A stretch of DNA of 64,000 bases from a virus. The DNA lies in the IMG/VR virus record IMGVR_UViG_3300009149_006183, positions 1 to 64,000 of that record; one strand, written 5' to 3'. Positions 27,848-37,020 of the stretch are shown here, piece by piece. Position 1 is the first letter of the stretch. Each line of letters begins with the position of its first letter. A program made the position numbers and the translations under genes. Below the pieces are notes generated by a model. That model was not told the origin of the DNA. It did not search any database and saw nothing but the letters and a program-made list of their open reading frames with translations.

Positions 27848-28701
27848 TAGAATAGTCCCTCCTTTTTATTTTTTAATGTTTTATACGACTTTATGCGCTC
27901 TGATCTGGGAACATAAATTTCTGGAAATAAGGAATTATCAACTTGCTCTATTCTATCTCTGGCGAAATCACAATATTTTTCCTCATTATCTATACCAATA
28001 TATTTCCTGCCGAGCCTATATGCAACATAAGGAACAGTTCCACTACCAGAAAAAATGTCCATAATAGTATTCCCTCTATACGAGAATAATTTTATAACTC
28101 TTTTTGCCAGTTCTTCCGGAAATGGGACGGGATGACCGCCGACCTTCTTGGTTTCAGGGTGGATAAACCATGTCGAAAAAGTCCAGGCTTCGAACTCTTC
28201 CTTTGACATGTCTGATAATTCTGGATCTCCACCTAACTTCCATCCATCTTTAGAGAATACTAAAATATATTCGTGATTACGCCGTATAATAGGGTTAGAA
28301 CACGAAAGGTAACTCCCCCAAGCCGTAGCTTTTCCAACCGAATTTTGCTTATACCAACAAATTTCGGTTCTGAATAGAAGACCTATTTCTGTCATTATAT
28401 TATACAAATGTGCATAAATACATCTGACATATTCTTTATCCTTGTCTACCTGCCTATTCGTCATGGCATCAATATTTATAGCGATTCTTCCGCCAGGAAC
28501 TAATACTCTTTTACATTCTATAAAAATTGTTTTTAGCCACAATAAATAGTCATCGTACAACATGTCGTCTTCATGATTCCCATAGTTTATTTTTACATTA
28601 TAGGGGGGCGACGAGAAAATAAGATGAACAGAGTTATCGGTTATCTTTTTTAATCCAGACAGGACATCGTCACATATTATTTTATTGACTGTTTCTTCCA
28701 T
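27847..28701 (-). CDS. N4-cytosine/N6-adenine DNA methyltransferase, beta class
   Basis: SSPPY precedes HPVPFP and DIFSGSGT. Confidence 0.92.
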   Translation of the reverse strand: MEETVNKIICDDVLSGLKKITDNSVHLIFSSPPYNVKINYGNHEDDMLYDDYLLWLKTIFIECKRVLVPGGRIAINIDAMTNRQVDKDKEYVRCIYAHLYNIMTEIGLLFRTEICWYKQNSVGKATAWGSYLSCSNPIIRRNHEYILVFSKDGWKLGGDPELSDMSKEEFEAWTFSTWFIHPETKKVGGHPVPFPEELAKRVIKLFSYRGNTIMDIFSGSGTVPYVAYRLGRKYIGIDNEEKYCDFARDRIEQVDNSLFPEIYVPRSERIKSYKTLKNKKEGLF

Positions 28702-29315
28702 TTATTATCTTCCCATTTTTTCTGTTTTAATCTAAAAGGCGGAATATGATATTCGTTTTCACCTAATATAAAATTATAAACCTCTATCAATTCGTTAATA
28801 TTCTCGGATGATATAAGAAAATCTATTTTCTGATAAACCTTATCAAGAAAGTCTAATTCGTTTTCCTCGTAGTCCACCTGTTCTAAATACATTAATCCTA
28901 AAGATGATATTTCTAATGAGATATCATCAAATATTTTTTTAGTCTCTTCTCTACCAGACTGATAATCTTTTTTAATACTATTTATTAAAAAAGGTAGTTC
29001 CTGCTCTCCTGATACGTCTATACTCCCGCCCAACATCTCTAGAGCCTTTCTCCAGGAGATATTATTCAAATTAGCATATAGGGATACCACATCTCCACTT
29101 TTCTTACATCCAAAACAATAATAGTTTTGATGAGACCCAGGCTTGTCATATACGGTAAATGATGGTTTAGTCTCTGTGTGCCCGGGCATCGGGCAAAGAT
29201 ATAGCAACTTGTCTCTATAGGTTGATACGGGAATATGTCCAGCAGATTCTAAAAGATCAGTTATTAGATTGTTACTTTGGACCTGTTCTATAATTATTAA
29301 ATTTTTATTATCCAT
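28677..29315 (-). CDS. Stand-alone primase CHC2 zinc-binding domain protein
   Basis: CPMPGHTETKPSF...YYCFGCKKSGD...W..AL; no TOPRIM. Start placed at ATG 29315 overlapping the dnaB stop. Confidence 0.85.
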   Translation of the reverse strand: MDNKNLIIIEQVQSNNLITDLLESAGHIPVSTYRDKLLYLCPMPGHTETKPSFTVYDKPGSHQNYYCFGCKKSGDVVSLYANLNNISWRKALEMLGGSIDVSGEQELPFLINSIKKDYQSGREETKKIFDDISLEISSLGLMYLEQVDYEENELDFLDKVYQKIDFLISSENINELIEVYNFILGENEYHIPPFRLKQKKWEDNKWKKQSIK

Positions 29316-32136
29316 TATTACAGTTAGAAAGAAACTCATCAAAGTTATTTGAGGTCTCATCCTTTTTAATATGTTCATCGAAATTCAGGGCATCGCTATC
29401 ATTTATTTTATTCATAATCTCTTCCTGGTTCTGAGTGTAAAAAGTAGTATTAATACTTTTAATTAAACTAATTTTTGGGTCTACTTCTAACATGGTTTTA
29501 TTAGACCCGTTAGAAAATACGTTTTTGCCGTATCTAGATTTAATCTGTATAAATTCTATTCTTGTATTATCATTGGCCTGTTGAGGCTTCATCTGCGCAT
29601 ACATAGCATCTGAATCAGCACTATATTGATGAGATCCATGAATATCTTCGGAATAAAAAACACCCTTAGAGCCTGACTTCCTGTATCTTTTTAATCCCTC
29701 TCTTCCTAGTTGAGCTCCAGAAACAACACAAAGCCCCTCTTCATGAATAGCCCCTGGTTTTCCCATCGTTCTTAGATATTTTAACATATCTCCAACTTCT
29801 AAATCGTTTCTATCTCTACGGTGGGTTGTTTCGTCGGGAATTAAATTTGCGATATAGTCAACAACAACAAGATTAGGCTTGAACACGTCGATATTTCGCT
29901 CTATTTCCCTGCGGATAGTAGACACTGGAATTTGCTCTGGAGCCTCCATAATATAAAAACTACAATGGTGCTCATTCTCGATTGATTTCACTTGGAACTC
30001 AAAATCGCGAGCTTTATTTAACTGATCTACAGATAAGAATTTTGGATGTTGCAATTGCTCAAATGGTATTTGTGTTTCTCTAGACATAAATTTTTGATAC
30101 ATCTTCTCCCTTGGCATCTCTAACGGGACATATAATACATTTTTATGAGATAATTTCCATACATTAATAGCGACGTTTAGCATCATCGTAGAATTATGCG
30201 TAACAATATTATTAGAAACAAAATTATGAGATCCAGCCATACAGACCTCATATGTCTGTTCTTTTCCAATATATTCTATGTTAGATATCTCATCCCAATA
30301 AATATCACTATTCGCTATATCTAATAATTCTTGATCATTATTTAGATATTGAGCAATACGAGACAAAACAGCCCTGCTTATAGAGCTATCCTTATTACCG
30401 CAATGTCCTAAATCTTGTTTCCAATTATCATAAACCCCTCTTCTATAATATCTTCTACATCCAGTTTTAGACTTATTATATTCTTTAAACTTGCTATCTA
30501 ATAACTCCCAAATTTTTGATGGGATAACATCTCTATTAGTATTAGATTTTGAGCTTTTCTCTTTTATCCTATCTATATTGTCTAATAATAATTGCTGTTT
30601 TTTACCGGTGAAACCAATTTGTTCGTAAAATGAATGTATTTGAGGACAATCCGTTATATTAACTCTCCACGTAAATCCCTTATCGATTTTAACAGAATCT
30701 TTTTTATAATATGATTTATACTTTTTTATAGACGCTATTATTCCAAATTTTAATAAAAGATCCCTAACATCTTTTGACAATTGTTCTGATGAAGTGTAAT
30801 AAGAAATAACATATTTTTCTCTATTTCCACTCGCAGATATTTGTAGCCCTCCATCTACAGAATACATCATTCTCAATAAAGAAGATAAGGATTTTTTATT
30901 CCACGAAAATACATCATTATGGATTCTTTTATCAACAGCCTTACACCCTATGTCAAATTTATTAATAAGATCTTGAGCTCCACGTATTCCATATTGTCCC
31001 TTAATTCTAATACCATGTTTGTGTTTACAGACCATTTTCATGTTAATTTTATAACAAGAAGATTTCATAATTTTCACAATAGCGGGGTCCAGGTTCGTAG
31101 AAGTAATGTTTGTAAAAGTTCCACCCTCTGAAAGCAATCCGCCTAAAACGACAGGAATTCCTTCTTGCACAGAAATTTTACCGAATGGAGATTTTCTAGA
31201 AATGGCTAGCGTATCTCCTTTCGTTAATGTAGATGTCGCTCTATATCCCTCCCAGGATAAATGTCTATGATCTTCTGTAGACTTTATTTCATGACCAAGA
31301 CGCGTTGTAATTTTATAACAGTCTTTCTTTCCAGTATCTATAACATCTAAAATATTTACAAATTCTATTTTATGATTACAAGGATTAAATTGCATCAACT
31401 TATCTTTTCGTCCTAACCGATTTCTCCTATATAATTCTTCAAGCGTGACCCTCGTTCCATCTTCTAAATTCTGCAAATTATTATAATGTCCGCACTTATA
31501 GCCTCCGACATCTCCACAAAATAAGATTAGAGAACCAGGAGCAAACCCCGTTCCCAATGTCTCATCTATTTCTTTAATATGGCATAGTATCGTATCATCT
31601 CCACCCTTTTTATTTCTATTTTCTACTAGTTTATTATAGAATATCGGGGCGTAATCCGAAACAGATTCATAATATATTTTATTTTCACTCGAAGAATCTA
31701 CTACTATATCACCCAGATTAAGAGCTAATCTTTTGGCGGCAATCAGTCCGCCACTTATTTTCGTGTCTTTTTGATAATCTTCAATGCATTTTAAAGTATT
31801 TCTATCTACAGATGCCTCAAAAATTTTATTCTTCAAGTCTGGATAATCATTGATATCGACATTTAACATATTAGATATATTAAATATATGCTCTTGAGCC
31901 TGTATATCTAATTTGGCCTTAACATTCTTTTTAATAAAAGAGATAAAGGTCTTTCTGGTTAATAATACCCCGTCGTTAAACGATGCCGTAATCGCTCTGA
32001 GGATGTAGTGATGTGCCTCATCGAAGTATTTAGTACTTAGCGGGCTAGTCAACCAGTCAGACACTAATTCCTTATTCTGTAAAAGAAGACTGATAAAGTC
32101 TTTCTCTATTTTAAGTTTTTCTTTATAGTCTATCAT
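29308..32136 (-). CDS. dnaB: DnaB-like replicative helicase with intein
   Basis: GFAPGSLILFCGDVGGYK|STMM (Walker A after splicing), LEM, VVVDY, AQLGR, DSD, KSRYG. Confidence 0.92.
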   Translation of the reverse strand: MIDYKEKLKIEKDFISLLLQNKELVSDWLTSPLSTKYFDEAHHYILRAITASFNDGVLLTRKTFISFIKKNVKAKLDIQAQEHIFNISNMLNVDINDYPDLKNKIFEASVDRNTLKCIEDYQKDTKISGGLIAAKRLALNLGDIVVDSSSENKIYYESVSDYAPIFYNKLVENRNKKGGDDTILCHIKEIDETLGTGFAPGSLILFCGDVGGYKCGHYNNLQNLEDGTRVTLEELYRRNRLGRKDKLMQFNPCNHKIEFVNILDVIDTGKKDCYKITTRLGHEIKSTEDHRHLSWEGYRATSTLTKGDTLAISRKSPFGKISVQEGIPVVLGGLLSEGGTFTNITSTNLDPAIVKIMKSSCYKINMKMVCKHKHGIRIKGQYGIRGAQDLINKFDIGCKAVDKRIHNDVFSWNKKSLSSLLRMMYSVDGGLQISASGNREKYVISYYTSSEQLSKDVRDLLLKFGIIASIKKYKSYYKKDSVKIDKGFTWRVNITDCPQIHSFYEQIGFTGKKQQLLLDNIDRIKEKSSKSNTNRDVIPSKIWELLDSKFKEYNKSKTGCRRYYRRGVYDNWKQDLGHCGNKDSSISRAVLSRIAQYLNNDQELLDIANSDIYWDEISNIEYIGKEQTYEVCMAGSHNFVSNNIVTHNSTMMLNVAINVWKLSHKNVLYVPLEMPREKMYQKFMSRETQIPFEQLQHPKFLSVDQLNKARDFEFQVKSIENEHHCSFYIMEAPEQIPVSTIRREIERNIDVFKPNLVVVDYIANLIPDETTHRRDRNDLEVGDMLKYLRTMGKPGAIHEEGLCVVSGAQLGREGLKRYRKSGSKGVFYSEDIHGSHQYSADSDAMYAQMKPQQANDNTRIEFIQIKSRYGKNVFSNGSNKTMLEVDPKISLIKSINTTFYTQNQEEIMNKINDSDALNFDEHIKKDETSNNFDEFLSNCNNG
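30193..31494 (-). mobile_element. Intein (434 aa) with in-frame LAGLIDADG endonuclease, inserted in the DnaB P-loop
   Basis: K|CGHYNN...STEDH...LGGLLSEGG...LRMMYSVDGG...TYEV...HNFVSNNIVTHN|S. Confidence 0.93.
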
Positions 32137-32933
32137 TTATTACTCGCCAAAGAAATTATAAAAGTTTTTGGATCTCTAATTATTTTAGTTATAGCGACTC
32201 CCAAAGCATCTTCTGAATTAAATTTAGTTATATCAAATCTAATGACTAAAATAGTGGGCAACCCGTCATTTAGTCTTTCTAAGAAAAAGGCGTCTAGAGC
32301 CTGTTTTCTCCAGCGCTGGTCAGTGTACGTTATGTCATCTACCACTAGCCAATCAGAAGAACATAATTCGGAAACGCTAACATCATCTTTTTTAAGAACT
32401 TTATTTTCTAATATGGGATATTCTATCCAGTCATATGTTTGGCAAAAACTATCATCACCAGAAAGTCTACTTTTTATAGCTTCTTTCATTATTAATGATG
32501 CAATAAGAGTTTTGCCTTTTGGGCTTTTACCTGACTTTTGATTCAACGATGAGTCATCGAAAATAACTACATTACTGCCAGTTAGACGCCTTTTAGATAT
32601 ACAAGAATGACTATCTAGAACCGTAGATGGTGTCTCTTGTATTTTTAAAATGTCAATACCTGTCCAACAGTAATCAACGACTTTTTTCTTAGCCTCAAGA
32701 GCCACACCAGCATCAATAAGCAGATTATTATCGAGAGATAGACCGTCAAAATCATGAATAGTAAATTTATAGTATGGGTGGGGTATTACGCAACGCAGAT
32801 ATGCCTGAGTCTCTGCCGCGATCTTACAAGTACACTTGTCTCCCTTTGGACACTTTGAGATATCGTCAACATTACAATATTTTTTAGACATATATCTCTC
32901 TAGCTCTTGTTTAATATTAATTATATCTTTCAT
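32133..32933 (-). CDS. DnaC/DnaI-like helicase loader
   Basis: N-terminal Cys cluster, KGKT, WLVVDDI, R....LPTI; coupled by ATGA to dnaB. Confidence 0.7.
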   Translation of the reverse strand: MKDIINIKQELERYMSKKYCNVDDISKCPKGDKCTCKIAAETQAYLRCVIPHPYYKFTIHDFDGLSLDNNLLIDAGVALEAKKKVVDYCWTGIDILKIQETPSTVLDSHSCISKRRLTGSNVVIFDDSSLNQKSGKSPKGKTLIASLIMKEAIKSRLSGDDSFCQTYDWIEYPILENKVLKKDDVSVSELCSSDWLVVDDITYTDQRWRKQALDAFFLERLNDGLPTILVIRFDITKFNSEDALGVAITKIIRDPKTFIISLASNK

Positions 32934-32934
32934 T

Positions 32935-34605
32935 TTATATCTCTAATTGTTTAACATCATCATAGATAGTGGAACCAGCACACTGAGAAGGAGGTCTATT
33001 AGCCATAGTGCAACAATCTTTTGCCCACGACCGCATCTCGTCAATAACGTCACTTCGCATGACAGATAGGGGTTTAAAAGATTTTAATGCTGATAGAATA
33101 TCGTTATCAACTATAGTCCTTTTAGATTCTGAAAAACCAACGAATAGAGCAGAAACGATAGCTTTTTCAATTTCTGCCCCACTATAGTTTTCGCTATTTA
33201 ATGCGAGACAATCGATATCAAAATCGCCATCATTTCTTTTATACCTTTTTAACAGGGCTTTAAAGATAGCTTTTCTTTCATATAGGTGGGGAAGGTCAAC
33301 AAAAAATATCTCATCAAATCTTCTCATAAATTCTGGAGGTAATTGCGTATAATCGTTAGCCGTGGCGAATACGAATACGGGTTTTTCTTTTTCTTCCATC
33401 CAAGTTAAAAACGTAGAGATAACTCTATTTGTAGTTCCCCCATCTGTTTGCCCGCTTGATTTTCCACCAGACAAACCTTTTTCTATTTCGTCCAGCCAAA
33501 GAATACACGGGGATACAACCTCAGCCAGTTTAATCGAATCTCGCGATCTCTCTTCGCTTTCTCCCTGTAATGATCCGAATAGTCTACCGAAGTCTAATCT
33601 CAAAAGCGGCATCTGGTATAAGCTAGCGACAGCTTTAGCACATAAGCTTTTTCCTGTCCCACTGCAACCGATAGTTAATACTCCCTTTGGACATGGAATA
33701 CCATACTCTGCGGCTTCGGGATGGAATGCTAATAGCCGAAGTTTTAGCCAATCAACAAGATTATCAAGCCCACCGATATCATCCATAGAGACTTTAGGTT
33801 CTAAGAATTCTAATGTGCCTTTTTTCCTAATAATTTGTCGCTTCTCTTTAAGTATTGATGGAATAACAAACTTTTTATGTAGAACTAGAGATTTTGCATA
33901 AGCCATCTGAGCCTCTACTAGAGTTAAACCACTAACAGATTTAATAAGGGTGTTTTCATTTTTTGTTGTTTCTTTTTTTAGGTTAGGTAATTTACCTTGT
34001 TTCTCGACAGCTTTAACCATACTCCATAGCGCTTTTTTAATTTCTAAATCGTTTGGGTATGGAAAATCTACAACAGAAATACTATTTTCTAATGCTGGAG
34101 ACGTTCTAAAAGATGGGCCAGTCATAATTATATGTGTCATAGAATTTATAGATGCGAATGTCTTTAATCTTCGTTCTATATCTGGAGTAACAACATCTGG
34201 GGCTATCCACCTATGAAAATCTAAAAGTATATAGATATTTCCAGATATTCCATTAGTCTTCATAAACTTCGCGTTTTGAATATCCTTCTCAGCCTCTCCT
34301 ATTATTTTAGTTAATATCTCTTCTGGGATAGTCAAGTCTGTTGTAGTCGCGGCGTCTTTTTGTCCAGAAAGCAAATCGATAGCTCCCAAATAGCAATCCC
34401 AAACGTGCGTTCTGTATCCTCTAACCGCAGACAAATATTTAAAATAATCTTTAAGTCTTTTTTCCTCACTACATGTCAAGAAAATAAGAGGTGAGCGGCT
34501 TTTAAGTAGAGCCAGTATATCATTGTGAAAATCTTGAGTCGCCATCATCTCTAGATTCTGTTCGTAATTAGACACGCCTATCTTTTCTTCGTCTTGGGCC
34601 ATCAA
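32935..34605 (-). CDS. Ycf46-like AAA+ ATPase
   Basis: EEKR, LLDFH, DIGGLDNL, GCSGTGKS, WLDEIEK, ATAN, LPPEFMRRFDEIFFVDLP, SGAEIE. Confidence 0.9.
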   Translation of the reverse strand: MMAQDEEKIGVSNYEQNLEMMATQDFHNDILALLKSRSPLIFLTCSEEKRLKDYFKYLSAVRGYRTHVWDCYLGAIDLLSGQKDAATTTDLTIPEEILTKIIGEAEKDIQNAKFMKTNGISGNIYILLDFHRWIAPDVVTPDIERRLKTFASINSMTHIIMTGPSFRTSPALENSISVVDFPYPNDLEIKKALWSMVKAVEKQGKLPNLKKETTKNENTLIKSVSGLTLVEAQMAYAKSLVLHKKFVIPSILKEKRQIIRKKGTLEFLEPKVSMDDIGGLDNLVDWLKLRLLAFHPEAAEYGIPCPKGVLTIGCSGTGKSLCAKAVASLYQMPLLRLDFGRLFGSLQGESEERSRDSIKLAEVVSPCILWLDEIEKGLSGGKSSGQTDGGTTNRVISTFLTWMEEKEKPVFVFATANDYTQLPPEFMRRFDEIFFVDLPHLYERKAIFKALLKRYKRNDGDFDIDCLALNSENYSGAEIEKAIVSALFVGFSESKRTIVDNDILSALKSFKPLSVMRSDVIDEMRSWAKDCCTMANRPPSQCAGSTIYDDVKQLEI

Positions 34606-34617
34606 ATAATCTCCTCT

Positions 34618-35121
34618 TTACGTCTTAGGGGTTAGTACTATACTAAACATCTTATCTCCGGGCTCTTCTTTTCCGAAATCCGCCTTGTCTGCGAAAGCGT
34701 TAGCATTCTCTCTAAATTTAATCTTTGCTTGAGCCTGATGGGGCATAGGGCAACCCTTTAGTTTTAAAGTATACTTCACCTTATATTTCTTATCTAGGAA
34801 TTTGTGGACTAATCTATGCTTGGTCTCAAGATCGTGATCAGATATGCCGTGTCCAATTCTAACTTCCTTTATGATTACGACATTGTGAGAATTCTTTTTA
34901 TCTTTTTTAGATTGATGATATTTATATTTTCCATAATCTATTATTTTACAAACTGGAAAAGTTTCGCTACCTACAGAGAATTGAACAAGATCTAGTCCCA
35001 AATCCCTAGCCTGGCTAATTCCCTCATCTCTGCTGACAACACCCTTAAATTCTCCGTTCTCATCTATAAGCGTAATTCGTTTATTATAGATGTCATAATT
35101 CAACTTCTTTTCATCGCTCAT
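34618..35121 (-). CDS. infC: Translation initiation factor IF3
   Basis: LIDENG, LDLV, PVCKIIDYGKYKY, KEVR, I..HDL..K, FL. Confidence 0.92.
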   Translation of the reverse strand: MSDEKKLNYDIYNKRITLIDENGEFKGVVSRDEGISQARDLGLDLVQFSVGSETFPVCKIIDYGKYKYHQSKKDKKNSHNVVIIKEVRIGHGISDHDLETKHRLVHKFLDKKYKVKYTLKLKGCPMPHQAQAKIKFRENANAFADKADFGKEEPGDKMFSIVLTPKT

Positions 35122-35135
35122 TCCCTATATTTCTC

Positions 35136-35906
35136 CTATATATCAATAATAATTGAATAGTCTTCTTTTAACTTTTTTATAATCATTTCTTTAGTGACTT
35201 TTCCCAGATTGTTGTTATATTTTTCAGTTTTTTCTTTTATCTTAGCGATACTCCCATTCTGAGTTGATGATGTAATAACCTGCGACACCTTCTCATATAA
35301 TCTGGCTTCGCTTAATAAGTTTTTTTCCAATAAATAATTAATTGACAATATCAATCCGTAATTAAAAACTAAAGCCTCGAAACTTAAAGAATAAAACATA
35401 TCTAAGTCTTTCTCTGAAACAGAATTATCTACATTTGTTGAGGGCGAGGTTGTCGCTGCTGGGGTGGAATTATCTTGATAATTATAAGCAGAACAAAACG
35501 CACTTAGAGGCTTCTTATTTAACATAAAATGCAGCCAGAATTTTATGTTAAAATCTTTACAATAGAGCAGCCACTCTCTATAAAAATAATCAATATAAGC
35601 TTTTAATAATATATTATCGCAGAAGCCGTAAGAATCTCTAAGCTGAGTCTTTACCCTACTTAAATATGTTGTAACCCCAAGCAGGTTAAAGCTCCAAGGT
35701 TCTCCAACAGTCTCTGAATATTCTTTTTCCATATAAAATGAAAAATCTCTTTGACTCCATTCTGCTAAATCTCTAGACTGATAGCGTGAAACTTTTCTAG
35801 ACTTGGGCCAATGCGAAAATGTATTTTCTTTCTTTTTTGCAGCACTATTTTTCGGGTTTTTAGCCCCATTAAGGTTATCTATTAAAATAGATTCTATATC
35901 AAACAT
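35136..35906 (-). CDS. Hypothetical protein
   Basis: 256-aa ORF with AGGAG SD. Confidence 0.65.
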   Translation of the reverse strand: MFDIESILIDNLNGAKNPKNSAAKKKENTFSHWPKSRKVSRYQSRDLAEWSQRDFSFYMEKEYSETVGEPWSFNLLGVTTYLSRVKTQLRDSYGFCDNILLKAYIDYFYREWLLYCKDFNIKFWLHFMLNKKPLSAFCSAYNYQDNSTPAATTSPSTNVDNSVSEKDLDMFYSLSFEALVFNYGLILSINYLLEKNLLSEARLYEKVSQVITSSTQNGSIAKIKEKTEKYNNNLGKVTKEMIIKKLKEDYSIIIDI

Positions 35907-35922
35907 TTACTTCTCCTGGTGG

Positions 35923-37017
35923 TTAAGCCACTATAAGATATTCAACACTATCAGATTTTTTCCTATACTTATACTGGTGATTTACTGCATAAACTTCTCT
36001 TATTTTCCTAACTTCAGAAATCACTTCTTTAATTTTGTCTATATTCGACCAGCTTGAATCATTGTAACTTATTGCCCAGACAGGGATATAAATTAACTCC
36101 GAAATTAGCTGCCTAAAATTTTCTTCGTAATTACTTATATCAACAAATTTTTTGCAGTTTCCACTAAAAATATCTGTACTTTGTCGGATATACGACTCGC
36201 AGAAACCATACATCGCAGCGTAATCACTTTGTGCGGCCCCGTACGGAGGATCAATATAGGCGATATCTACGGCTGGCTTGTCGTTCTTTAATAATTCTAT
36301 ACAGTCTTTGTTATAAACCTCATGCCCACCAAGATCATTTTCTATATTTAAATTCTTCCACTCTATTTTATTAAAGTTAATTTGCTGCCCACGATTTCTA
36401 TGATGCTTAATGCGATGGTCTACCTTAGCCAAGATTTGCCCGTTATTTAATCTGCCGCCGATAAAGCACCTATCCATTATAAATAATTGTATATTAGCGA
36501 AAACTAGAGCTCTTTTAGTCTTATCTAAAGCGGAATCGCTAGGGAATACCTTATAGATATTATAATATATCCTATCTAAATTATTTGCTTCTTCTTCTGT
36601 AAACCTATCGATAAAATTATCTAAAACGAAATGATTATGGTTATCGAATCCTTCGTCATTTTTTATAAGAAACTCAGATTCGTCTGTAGATATTTTCACT
36701 ATATTGTTTTTGACAAAAGCTTCCGCATAAACAGAAGAAGATAAAAGAATATCATTAGATACAACCCTCTTCCCCAACAATTTCATCATCATAGAAACAC
36801 AGGCACTACCACAAAATAAATCTAGAATTGAATCATATTCTATATTGTTCTTTTTTAAAACATTTATAATTTCTACAATCAAATCTCTTTTATTACCGAT
36901 ATATGGGTTTTTAAAATTTTTAATTATATTTCTAAAATATAATATATTCGACTCTTTTGTATTGACACAAGATTGACTAACAAAATCTATTTCTTCTGGG
37001 CAACTGAATTTTACCAT
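35923..37017 (-). CDS. DNA adenine methyltransferase (D12/alpha class)
   Basis: PYIGNK, DLFCGSACVS, SND, YIDPPY, ISY, EYL. Confidence 0.92.
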   Translation of the reverse strand: MVKFSCPEEIDFVSQSCVNTKESNILYFRNIIKNFKNPYIGNKRDLIVEIINVLKKNNIEYDSILDLFCGSACVSMMMKLLGKRVVSNDILLSSSVYAEAFVKNNIVKISTDESEFLIKNDEGFDNHNHFVLDNFIDRFTEEEANNLDRIYYNIYKVFPSDSALDKTKRALVFANIQLFIMDRCFIGGRLNNGQILAKVDHRIKHHRNRGQQINFNKIEWKNLNIENDLGGHEVYNKDCIELLKNDKPAVDIAYIDPPYGAAQSDYAAMYGFCESYIRQSTDIFSGNCKKFVDISNYEENFRQLISELIYIPVWAISYNDSSWSNIDKIKEVISEVRKIREVYAVNHQYKYRKKSDSVEYLIVA

Positions 37018-37020
37018 TAT

